Shown: positions 10,003 through 19,053 of the stretch, in pieces | Position numbering within the stretch: the stretch's first letter is position 1 | Layout: every line of letters begins with the position of its first letter | Virus record (IMG/VR): IMGVR_UViG_3300032174_000005 | Span: 743-64,742 of that record | Length of the DNA: 64,000 nucleotides | DNA from: a virus | Lineage: Duplodnaviria; Caudoviricetes | Reading direction: 5' to 3' (one strand) | Notes under the pieces: generated by a model | The model's database searches: none | The model's input: the letters and a program-made list of their open reading frames with translations, nothing else | What the model was told of the DNA's origin: nothing | Made by a program: the position numbers and the translations under genes

Positions 10003-10564
10003 ACTATCGGAAATCCTTCGCCATTTCCGGGTAAGTCAGTTCAACTCCGCTGACTATATCAATTTTAAACGTGAAGTCGCCCGCGCCATCCAGCCGCGCT
10101 CCATCCTTGAAATCGGCATCGGCATGGGCGTCGCAGCCCTCGCGTTTCTTGAAGCCTCCCCATTTGGCGCAACCTATACTGGCATCGACAATGACTATGA
10201 ATACGAGAAGAAATTCTCCGTGCGCCCAACAGATTACGTGAGGGATTTGCTCGGCAACGCGGGATATCACACTGACATTGTGGTGGCCGACAGCAGCGCC
10301 CTTACCGAACTCCCCGCCCGCTGGTACGACCTCGCACATATCGACGGGGACCACCGCGAACCCGCCGTGCGCCATGATGTAACGCTCGCATGGCAGGCTG
10401 GATCGAAATGGATTCTCTGCGACGACGCGAGGGATACAGAGGTCGTGCGAGGGATATTCAACGCACTGCACGATCTGAACCGTGGCAGTGTGGATTGGGC
10501 GTATTTCCCCCAAGGCAGTGGCAACATTTTGATTCGTACCGACCACAAACGAGGTGAATTGTGA
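9992..10564 (+). CDS. SAM-dependent methyltransferase (Methyltransf_24-like)
   Basis: ILEIGIGMG, YDLAHIDGDH, ILCDD. Confidence 0.8.
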   Translation: MQAELSEILRHFRVSQFNSADYINFKREVARAIQPRSILEIGIGMGVAALAFLEASPFGATYTGIDNDYEYEKKFSVRPTDYVRDLLGNAGYHTDIVVADSSALTELPARWYDLAHIDGDHREPAVRHDVTLAWQAGSKWILCDDARDTEVVRGIFNALHDLNRGSVDWAYFPQGSGNILIRTDHKRGEL

Positions 10565-11535
10565 AGTTTCTACTCCCGCAGGGCATCGGCGACAGCGTGT
10601 GGGCGCTGCATAAAATCCAGGCAATCCGCGACAAGCTCGATCCCGGTGGCCCGATCGACATTCATCTCACCTGCTCCCGTCAGGATGATCTCCAATCCCG
10701 CGCGGTGGATTTCCTCCGCAGGTTCGATTTCGTCGATTCCGTGGAGATGCAACTTAACTACGGCATCCATCGTGAGTATGATGAGAAGCGTCCCCCGTTC
10801 ACCCCCGGCGGATATTGGGATTACCTCGAAGACGGGATGTATGATTTCAAGGGGGAGAAATTCTGCGTGCTGATCCCCAACGCGCCCCTCGAACGTGGGA
10901 TTCGCCTCGAAAACTGGCTCCCACAATACTCCATCAACTGGGACATCTTCTCCCACTTCCGCGTTTCCCCTGCGGAACTCGCCTACGGTCGCATGGTCCG
11001 CTCGAAACTCGGCCCGTTCGCGGTGTTCTACCCCGGCCCGCTGCACGGGAATACCATCGAAGGCCACAACCGCAACATGCTCTGGAAGCCTGCGGAGTGG
11101 ATCGACCTCGGGGAACAACTCCACGATAAATATGGCCTGAAAACCGTCGTCGTCGGCGCGGAATACGACCACGACTACTACACCCACATGCTCGCCCCCC
11201 GCATAAACGGTTCCGCCTCCCACTGGATTGACCTGATCGGTCGGACCAGCATCGGAGAACTCTTTGCGACCACCTCCCAGTCCTCCCTGCTCATCTCCTA
11301 TCAAGCTGGCGTGGGAATCATCTCCGCCTATCGCCACGTCCCGACCGCGATGTGGTGGCGTCCGCGCGGGGATTCTATCTCCACTCACGGATTCCTTTCC
11401 TTCGAGGAGGAGATGTCCACTGCGTGGGCACCCCCTGACATTTTGGAACAGGGCACATATCTCCCCTTAATCTACGGGAAACATGGTATAGAGTATATCC
11501 TTGAGGAAATTGTCAAGCGAGGATGGGTGAAATGA
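10561..11535 (+). CDS. GT-B glycosyltransferase (GT9/heptosyltransferase-like)
   Basis: PQGIGDSVW, WKPAEW, IDLIGRTSIGEL. Confidence 0.7.
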   Translation: MKFLLPQGIGDSVWALHKIQAIRDKLDPGGPIDIHLTCSRQDDLQSRAVDFLRRFDFVDSVEMQLNYGIHREYDEKRPPFTPGGYWDYLEDGMYDFKGEKFCVLIPNAPLERGIRLENWLPQYSINWDIFSHFRVSPAELAYGRMVRSKLGPFAVFYPGPLHGNTIEGHNRNMLWKPAEWIDLGEQLHDKYGLKTVVVGAEYDHDYYTHMLAPRINGSASHWIDLIGRTSIGELFATTSQSSLLISYQAGVGIISAYRHVPTAMWWRPRGDSISTHGFLSFEEEMSTAWAPPDILEQGTYLPLIYGKHGIEYILEEIVKRGWVK

Positions 11536-14500
11536 ATCTGCGACGGTTGCTGTGGCTGCTCCCTTTGTTTTTGCTGTCCGCGCTTCCGGCTCATGCCCAA
11601 TTCCCCAACGCTTACGGCTGGTGCGAGGCGGGCGCGCAGAATGTGATCACCTCCGGCCTGCAATCCACCACCCTCGTACAAGCGAGCTTCCCCCAATGCA
11701 CCGTCAGCGTGAGCATCCACGGCGGGGGCACCGCCACTATTTACTCTAACGACACAGGCACGCCGTTATCCAATCCCTTCACTGCCACCACGAATGGTCA
11801 GTGGCAGTTCTTCGCCGCTGTGGGGAATTACGATGTCACGCTTACCTGTTCCGGCGCGTGCGTTCCCCCGTCCCCATCCCCATTCCCTATTACTTTCAAT
11901 GAGATAAACGTGGGGATTGGCAGCGGAGGGGGTGGGGGCAGTCCACCTGTCAAGCCCGCCGTCGCTGATGGCATCCAATATGTCACCCTTGAGGGCCTTG
12001 ACACCAACGACGGCCTTAGCTGGGGCTCAGCGAAACTCACCTGGACAGGCGCGTGCGAAGCACTCCCCGGCGGTTCCGCCAGCCCTCCCACTTGCGGCGT
12101 GGGGGCGATTCACATCGCCAAGGAAATCCTCGCCAATCCCATATCCGGCGCCGGCATCTGGATGTTTGGCTCCGCCGACCCTGGCTATGCAGCGGGTGTA
12201 TCCGGATGGCACCGCTACGGCGGACCCATCAAAACAATCTGCGACGCGACCCTCGGCGGGGTGACCAACAACGGCTCAGGAACCTGTGTAATCGACGGCG
12301 GGTCCACCACAGACAACCTTCACCCAGCCATCTGGCTGAGCGCGATTAACGCGGGGGTGGAGTTCTACGGCGCGCAAGTTCAATTCCGCGCGGGTGTGAA
12401 CCTGATGCTGAGTGTGTGTTCCAACGGCACGAATAACGGCTCCTGCGCGGTGCAGAACGTGCGATTTGACCGCTTCCAGGCCACGGAGGGGGGATTATCC
12501 GCTGGACTCGGGCCTCCCGTGCTGATCGGCGACGGAACCTTCTGGGTATTCTTCAACGATTACAATATCTCGGGCAACGCGAATAACTCCCCCACCGCAG
12601 ACAACGGCGCGGCGGTGTTGATGACCAACAACACCACCCCCAGCGGATTGATCTCCTTCCACCAAGGCGGGTTCAACACGGGCGGGATTAAATACTACGC
12701 GGGGAATGAAGCCACCCTCCTGATCGACGGCGTGACCACTACGGAGAATAACCTAGAGGCTGTCCTGTGGGTAGCCAGCGGCAACCTCGGCGATGGAAAT
12801 GTAATTGTCCAGAACGCCGGGGTATCCGATTGCAACACCGTCGTGGCCCACTGCGCGATCGTCCGCAACGATGCCCTCGGCGCGGTGCATATCTCCAATA
12901 TCGCGGGCCCGACAATCGGTTATGTCATCGCGGACGCGGCGGAAAACTCCCGGCTGGTATTCCCCGACTCTCTCATTCACTACATCGGCGCGCTGACCTA
13001 TCCCACCAACGCAGGTTCTTCCGCGCCGATTATCGAAGTCTCCCGCACGCAGGGAAATAACCCCCAGAAAATGTTCGGTCCAGCCGTGGTTCCGGGGGCG
13101 AATCTCGTGGACATCGGCACGCACACCTGCGCCACCTGCACTGTGACCACCGGAATCACCGATCCCACCGTTATCGGCACGGGCGCGATTCAAATCACCG
13201 ATTCTGCATCCGTCGGAGCACTGTCCTTCACCCTTTCCAGCGCGGGCGGGGCGGTGACCAATGACACCTACGTTGCCAGCCTCTGGACGCGCTCGCCGAA
13301 CAATCTTGGATATAACCGCAGCGTGGCATTCCAGTTTCAGCTCACCGGCGGAAGCGACATCTGCAACGCCTCCACATCCGGATTCGTGCAGCCCAGCCCG
13401 TTATCCTCCACGGAATCCGGCTGGACGCATTACATCAGCCTTTGCAAAGTCACCACATTCGGCGGCACAACTCCCACATTCAACGTAACCACAGGCAGCG
13501 CCATCCCCATGCAGGTGTACGCGCCGATTGTGTTTGTGATGCATGGATATTCCGATGATGATGTGTTGAACACGGCCCTGAACATGGGCACATGGGATAT
13601 CAACTGCCCTACAGGTCAGCTTTGTGTGGAAAGTGGAATCCTCTCCGCGTTCGCGGGGTCCACGGCATTCTACGGCACGTTAACCCACGCGAACACCGCG
13701 AATCGCACCTACACCTTCCCCGACGCCACCGGAAATATCCCCGCATACACAGTATCCCCCACAAACCTCGATTGCGTGGACTGGTCTGGGGTGCTGGGGC
13801 TCCTCGGGGATGTTAGCGGAAAATGCGCCACCTACTCCATAACCCCGACCCCAGGGGACTGCGTAACATGGGCGGCAGGACCAAAACTCGGCGATTCCGG
13901 GTCCGCGTGCGGTGCTGGCGGCGGCGGCATGAACACCAACATGTCCAACATGGCCAATCCCACGCTGATGAATCAAACGCTGACTCCCGCCTCCGCGAAT
14001 ACCATCGCCGTGGGCACCGCGGCGCTCCCCTTCACCAATTTCTTCTTCGGCACGGTGGCGAATCAGACGATCTCCGGTAACACCGCGAACCTCACCGCAA
14101 ATCGCGTGGTGAACTGGCCGGATGCAACGTCCTCCCCCGTGCGGAACTGCCCCGCCGTCGCGAATCAATTCATCTCAGCCATCGCCGTAGCCACCGGCAT
14201 CTGCACGCAGGCGAATATCTCCGCCTCCTCCACCATGCCCTTCGCCTACGCGGCTGACACAGGTGCGGCGAACGCAGCGGTCGTCACCCTATCCCCCGCG
14301 CTGACATCTTACACAACCGGATTGGAGGTGGATTTCCTGCCCACCGCCGCAAACACACTCACCAATCCCACGGTGAATGTGAATGGCCTCGGCGCAATCA
14401 CCATCACGAAATACGGCACGGCAGCGCTTCAGGCGAACGACCTCCTCACCACCGCCATCGCGAAGGTGATCTATGACGGGACGAATTTCCAGCTCCAGAA

Positions 14501-15137
14501 TCCCGCCACGCAATCCTCCACGGTCACTTCATCTTCCGTGAATACTTTTACAAATAAGACGATAAATTGTGAATCCACGGGGAATAATTGTAGCGAGCCC
14601 GTGCGGATGTACTTCCCCGCTGGCGGATGCAACAACACCACCCCCGGAAATGGCTGGGATATCGGCCTTGCCAACGCCCCCACGCCGCAATGCACGGGAT
14701 CCACCACCCGCCGGGGAGTGCTGCAATTCGCGCGGGGAAATGTCGCCTATATCAACGCGCATCTGCCGAATGACCTCAACACGGGGGCCAGTCTGGACTT
14801 GGAAATTTGCTATACAACAACGGATACCACGAATGGCCATGTGACAAGTTTCAATATCCAGACGGGATTCAACAGTGTCACAGGGGCAGCAACAGACGAT
14901 CCCACGCTGAACACGCTCCAAGCGCTGAGCTCCACGATCGGCGCATCCCAGACCTCCGGCGGGGAGCTATGCAAGCAGCTCACGGGGCTAACCACCACCG
15001 GCTGGGCAGCGGATTCCAACTTCGTCCTCGCCATCACAAGGAATAACAGTGGCACGGATACAAACACAGACACTGCGGTGAATGTGAAATCCGCCGAGGT
15101 AATTCTAGGAGTCACTAAAAATGCCACGAATCGCTAA
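11532..15137 (+). CDS. Tailspike/tail fibre with N-terminal signal peptide
   Basis: Virion-attachment-type domain (ATIYSND..PLSNPFTATTNGQWQFFA), beta-helix-like core (GLDTNDGLSWGSAKLT), fibre repeats; starts MNLRRLLWLLPLFLLSALPAHA-Q. Confidence 0.75.
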   Translation: MNLRRLLWLLPLFLLSALPAHAQFPNAYGWCEAGAQNVITSGLQSTTLVQASFPQCTVSVSIHGGGTATIYSNDTGTPLSNPFTATTNGQWQFFAAVGNYDVTLTCSGACVPPSPSPFPITFNEINVGIGSGGGGGSPPVKPAVADGIQYVTLEGLDTNDGLSWGSAKLTWTGACEALPGGSASPPTCGVGAIHIAKEILANPISGAGIWMFGSADPGYAAGVSGWHRYGGPIKTICDATLGGVTNNGSGTCVIDGGSTTDNLHPAIWLSAINAGVEFYGAQVQFRAGVNLMLSVCSNGTNNGSCAVQNVRFDRFQATEGGLSAGLGPPVLIGDGTFWVFFNDYNISGNANNSPTADNGAAVLMTNNTTPSGLISFHQGGFNTGGIKYYAGNEATLLIDGVTTTENNLEAVLWVASGNLGDGNVIVQNAGVSDCNTVVAHCAIVRNDALGAVHISNIAGPTIGYVIADAAENSRLVFPDSLIHYIGALTYPTNAGSSAPIIEVSRTQGNNPQKMFGPAVVPGANLVDIGTHTCATCTVTTGITDPTVIGTGAIQITDSASVGALSFTLSSAGGAVTNDTYVASLWTRSPNNLGYNRSVAFQFQLTGGSDICNASTSGFVQPSPLSSTESGWTHYISLCKVTTFGGTTPTFNVTTGSAIPMQVYAPIVFVMHGYSDDDVLNTALNMGTWDINCPTGQLCVESGILSAFAGSTAFYGTLTHANTANRTYTFPDATGNIPAYTVSPTNLDCVDWSGVLGLLGDVSGKCATYSITPTPGDCVTWAAGPKLGDSGSACGAGGGGMNTNMSNMANPTLMNQTLTPASANTIAVGTAALPFTNFFFGTVANQTISGNTANLTANRVVNWPDATSSPVRNCPAVANQFISAIAVATGICTQANISASSTMPFAYAADTGAANAAVVTLSPALTSYTTGLEVDFLPTAANTLTNPTVNVNGLGAITITKYGTAALQANDLLTTAIAKVIYDGTNFQLQNPATQSSTVTSSSVNTFTNKTINCESTGNNCSEPVRMYFPAGGCNNTTPGNGWDIGLANAPTPQCTGSTTRRGVLQFARGNVAYINAHLPNDLNTGASLDLEICYTTTDTTNGHVTSFNIQTGFNSVTGAATDDPTLNTLQALSSTIGASQTSGGELCKQLTGLTTTGWAADSNFVLAITRNNSGTDTNTDTAVNVKSAEVILGVTKNATNR

Positions 15138-16710
15138 GCTGCTCCTCTTCCTGTTCCTTGCCTCCCCCGCTGGGGCGACCACACATTACATCTCCAGCAG
15201 CACCGGCCTTGACACAAACACCGCCGCGCAGGCGACCTCGAAGACGACCCCCTGGGCACATCTCCCCGGCATGGCAAACGCGACCTCGAACGCGGCCTCC
15301 TACGTCGCCGCCGCAGGGGATCAATTCATCCTGATGGGATGTGACAGCTGGTACAACGCCTCCTTCCCCCTCGCCATCACTCACGGCGGCGCATCCGGCA
15401 ATCCCGTCATCATCACCATCGACCAGACCTGGTTCAATACCACCGCCTGCCCTTCCGGATGGAATCGCCCTATTTTCGACGCGCACACCTCCGCCGCATC
15501 CTCAACGCCGATGGAAATTAACGGCACCGGCGGACAAGCCACCGGCTGCGTGGGTAATGACGGAAATTTTTTCATGGCCTTCCACGCCTCCAACGTCACC
15601 GTCAGCTGGATCGAGATGAGGAATCTCTACTGGGCAAACGACGCGCAGAACACCTGCTACGGTTCCAACGGCTGGTGGGCGGCGCATAGCGTGGATTTCG
15701 TCATCGTCAGCCATTCGTACGAAAGCTCATGGTCAATGCATGCGTATCAAGCCAACACCTTCGGAGACGTGGATATTGCCATCGAGGTGGACGGGACTCC
15801 CAGCTGCCCGCATTGTTTTGTGGATTACAACGTAGCGGATAACTGCGCCACACACCCCGGCCCGACCAATCTCCCCGGCGGCGCGATTGACTTCGTGAAC
15901 ATCACCCATTCCATCTTCAAGTGCATGTCCAACGCGATCAAACCAATCTTCCCCGGCGAAATCGGCTGGAATGAAGTGACAAAAAACGGCAACTCCCCCG
16001 ATGCCACCGTGCATGAAAACGTGCTGGAAAGCGTGAGTGTCATCAACGGGACGTATTACATCCACGACAACCGTTTCCATGACTATTGGGCAGGGGAGGG
16101 GCTGCAAATTGGCAACCCCGGCGAAACGGATTACGTCTGGAACAACAGCTGGTACGGGCTGCTTCAAGTCGGCGCGAACGGCCCGCAGGTGCCGCAATCC
16201 GAGACTCCCGTCGCGTTTTACTACTGGAACAACACGATCGTGGACTGGGGAGATTGCGTCAACGACGCAAATCACGGATACACATGGTCGGGGGCATTTC
16301 AATCCCGCAACAACCTATGCATCAATTCCGCCGGGAACGCGGGTTCCGGCTCGCCCAATTCCACCCCCGCAGCGGTGATTGGGAATAATCTCGGCATGAC
16401 AGATTCCGCTGCCACCGCCGCAGGATACACATCCTCCCAGACGCGACCGTTTTCCCCCACCCTCGCCACGTCCGCCAGCGTGGGATTCGGGGCGAATCTA
16501 ACCTCCATCTGGCCAGCGGGATTCCCCACAGTGGACGCATCTCTCATCTGTTCCGAACAAACCGTCAGCGGGGTGGTACAGGCGGTATGCACGGGAACTC
16601 CCATCGCACGCCCCACCACGGGAGCTTGGGCCTCCGGCGCATTTCAGTTCGCGGGGAATCAGCCCGCGCCCAATCCGCCCACTAACTTTCGTGTGGTGAG
16701 CATTCAATGA
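15121..16710 (+). CDS. Right-handed beta-helix (pectate lyase-like) protein with signal peptide
   Basis: THYISSSTGLDTN..SKTTPWAHLPG, Asn ladders (WNNS, WNNT, RNNL), GAFQF..PNPPTNF tail. Confidence 0.7.
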   Translation: MPRIAKLLLFLFLASPAGATTHYISSSTGLDTNTAAQATSKTTPWAHLPGMANATSNAASYVAAAGDQFILMGCDSWYNASFPLAITHGGASGNPVIITIDQTWFNTTACPSGWNRPIFDAHTSAASSTPMEINGTGGQATGCVGNDGNFFMAFHASNVTVSWIEMRNLYWANDAQNTCYGSNGWWAAHSVDFVIVSHSYESSWSMHAYQANTFGDVDIAIEVDGTPSCPHCFVDYNVADNCATHPGPTNLPGGAIDFVNITHSIFKCMSNAIKPIFPGEIGWNEVTKNGNSPDATVHENVLESVSVINGTYYIHDNRFHDYWAGEGLQIGNPGETDYVWNNSWYGLLQVGANGPQVPQSETPVAFYYWNNTIVDWGDCVNDANHGYTWSGAFQSRNNLCINSAGNAGSGSPNSTPAAVIGNNLGMTDSAATAAGYTSSQTRPFSPTLATSASVGFGANLTSIWPAGFPTVDASLICSEQTVSGVVQAVCTGTPIARPTTGAWASGAFQFAGNQPAPNPPTNFRVVSIQ

Positions 16711-16997
16711 GCCAGCCGCGATCCATTGACTCCCAGCCAAGACTGTCTGAAGGCCCGACAGCGGCAGTAACTGTGAAATTCGGCCCAAGGGAGTTGGAGT
16801 TTATCCAATTGCGCTACGGGCAGGCGCTGCCAATAAAAGTAGTGGCCGAGCGAATGGGGATAGAGCTGCGCACTGTGAAATATTATTCCTATATGCTGCT
16901 GATGAAATTCAGCATCTATCCAGCGAAGGGTAAGGAAGCCATCCACGCGATCGAGGCGACGAAATTACTAGTTAAACATGGGTTTATTCAAGTCTAG
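16707..16997 (+). CDS. LuxR/sigma-4-type helix-turn-helix protein
   Basis: PRELEFIQL..GQALPIKVVAERMGIELRTVKYY. Confidence 0.7.
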   Translation: MSQPRSIDSQPRLSEGPTAAVTVKFGPRELEFIQLRYGQALPIKVVAERMGIELRTVKYYSYMLLMKFSIYPAKGKEAIHAIEATKLLVKHGFIQV

Positions 16998-17006
16998 GAG
17001 GACAAA

Positions 17007-17228
17007 ATGGCCTATCGACCGGGAAACACAGGATCACCTGTTCGGGATGTGACGTATCCCAGCGAAATCGCGGGGCAGCGACCGATGATGTCCCCACGCA
17101 TCCACTGCGATAACTCGATGGATGAAATGGAGGATTGTGAGCGCGGGGGGATTGCGGATGACCGCAGCGCGGAATTTAAACGGCAACTGCGATCGGGGAT
17201 TGGCACGGGACGACCAGACTCTGAATAG
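17007..17228 (+). CDS. Hypothetical protein
   Basis: AGGAGG RBS. Confidence 0.55.
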   Translation: MAYRPGNTGSPVRDVTYPSEIAGQRPMMSPRIHCDNSMDEMEDCERGGIADDRSAEFKRQLRSGIGTGRPDSE

Positions 17229-17236
17229 GATTCCAC

Positions 17237-17683
17237 TTGGCCAAACACAAATACAATCCAGATAGTCCGGGTCGTCAGCGTATCCAAACTCGCTGGTATG
17301 GAGTATGGAGAAGCATGAAGTCTCGCTGTTACAATCCAAAGTCTTTTGGGGGGCATGCAAAACGCTATTATATAGATAAAGGGATAAAGGTGTGTGAACG
17401 CTGGCTGAACAGTCCAGAGAATTTTTTGGCGGATATGGGAGAACCAGCTGAAGGATTATCCCTTGATCGTATTGATGGCTCCGGAGATTATTCACCCGAA
17501 AACTGTCGATGGGCCACTCGTCAGCAGCAGGCAAGGAACCGATGTACCACCAAACTAAATCCATCAGCGGTATACTTTATACGCAAAATGCGATGGGATT
17601 TTTGTGATCAACGGCAAATTGGGGCTATGTTTGGAGTTGGCCCGGATGTCATTAGTCGCGTCCTTTCAGGGAAACGCTGGTGA
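17237..17683 (+). CDS. HNH homing endonuclease
   Basis: WRSMKSRCYNP, GIKVCERW, SLDRID..GDYSPENCRWAT..QARN. Confidence 0.9.
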   Translation: MAKHKYNPDSPGRQRIQTRWYGVWRSMKSRCYNPKSFGGHAKRYYIDKGIKVCERWLNSPENFLADMGEPAEGLSLDRIDGSGDYSPENCRWATRQQQARNRCTTKLNPSAVYFIRKMRWDFCDQRQIGAMFGVGPDVISRVLSGKRW

Positions 17684-19053
17684 GTGTGTACAATTACACC
17701 ACGCTTGGCGCGGTTCGGCAGGAGGTCGCAAACCGCCTGTTCGACCCCGCGCAGGTGTTCTGGTCCGCGCCGGAACTGAATATCTATCTCACGGAAGCTC
17801 TGCGGACGTTCAACGCGCTGACGGGATTCTGGCGGGGGGATTTCACATTCAATCTCGTCCAAGCTCAGGTGTGGTACGACCTCACAACCTTCCCGAACAC
17901 GCTTCGGCCCGTCACTGTTCCTCTCAGCTATGTCGTCACGCTACTGGATTACATGCTGCTGGAGCCTGCCAGCACGGTGACAGGCGGGACGTTTGACCCA
18001 TGGATTGGCTCCCTGCAATTCACCCTGGATGATCTGATTCAAGCGATTGCACGCCGACGGGATGAATTACTCTCACTGACTGGCTGCACGCAGACGCAAT
18101 CCCTCGTTCCTGCGGTGGCGGGGCGGATTCAACTCGCCGATTCCATCATCGACGTGCGGAGAATGGCCTACATCCCCTCCACGCTGTTCCCCACGCAGCA
18201 CGCCTCCCCGATGTGGCAGGAGGACACATGGGGCGAGGAATCCTACAATTCAACTTATCTCCAAGCCCCCGCAGGCATGCCGTTCGCATATTTACTCTCC
18301 ACGCAACCACCCATCAGCTTCGACACGGACATCCCCCCTGCATTCGCGGGGAATTACGACATCCTGACCACCAGCGCGGGGCCGGCCCTCACTACCTCCA
18401 CGCCCGCCCTCACGCTGTCCATCCCCGACGACTGGGTACACATCCTCGTGTGGGGAGCCCTCGCGGATTTACTGTCCCGTGAGTCACTCGCAAAGGACAC
18501 CCCCCGCGCGGAATACTGTGAGAAACGCTACCGGATGGGGGTTGCCGCCCTCGCCGCCGCGCCCGCGCTCCTCGCCATGCGCCTCGATAACACGCCATTG
18601 CTGATTGATTCCGTGCGCGCGGCGGATCAGTACAACAATAATTGGCAGGCGGAAGCACAGGGATCCCCCCGCGCGTGCTACTACGCAGGGATGAATCTCA
18701 TCGCGTTCCGACCGCCAAGCGCGGGGCCATTTTCCATGACCGCCACTGTGGTACAGAACGCCCCATTCCCAGTTGTGGACACCGACCCTTTCCCCTGCTC
18801 CCGCGATGATCTGGACGCGATTATCGACTACACGCAGCATCTCGCGGCGTTTAAGCAGGGCGGACAGGAGTTCTCCCGCACAGGGAATCTGCTGACGCGA
18901 TTTATGACGCAATGCGGCGTGTACAATGCCAAGCTGGCGGAGATGGGGGAGTACACTTCCATGCTGGGTGGCCTCGCCTCCCGCGAGCGTGACATGAACC
19001 CTGTGATGTCTCCTGATGGTGAGGATGCGCGAGGCGGCGGGGGCGGCGGATGA
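17680..19053 (+). CDS. Tail adaptor / tail tubular protein A-like
   Basis: FWSAPELNIYLTEA and IPDDWVHILVWGA adaptor motifs; precedes the large nozzle gene. Confidence 0.65.
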   Translation: MSVYNYTTLGAVRQEVANRLFDPAQVFWSAPELNIYLTEALRTFNALTGFWRGDFTFNLVQAQVWYDLTTFPNTLRPVTVPLSYVVTLLDYMLLEPASTVTGGTFDPWIGSLQFTLDDLIQAIARRRDELLSLTGCTQTQSLVPAVAGRIQLADSIIDVRRMAYIPSTLFPTQHASPMWQEDTWGEESYNSTYLQAPAGMPFAYLLSTQPPISFDTDIPPAFAGNYDILTTSAGPALTTSTPALTLSIPDDWVHILVWGALADLLSRESLAKDTPRAEYCEKRYRMGVAALAAAPALLAMRLDNTPLLIDSVRAADQYNNNWQAEAQGSPRACYYAGMNLIAFRPPSAGPFSMTATVVQNAPFPVVDTDPFPCSRDDLDAIIDYTQHLAAFKQGGQEFSRTGNLLTRFMTQCGVYNAKLAEMGEYTSMLGGLASRERDMNPVMSPDGEDARGGGGGG

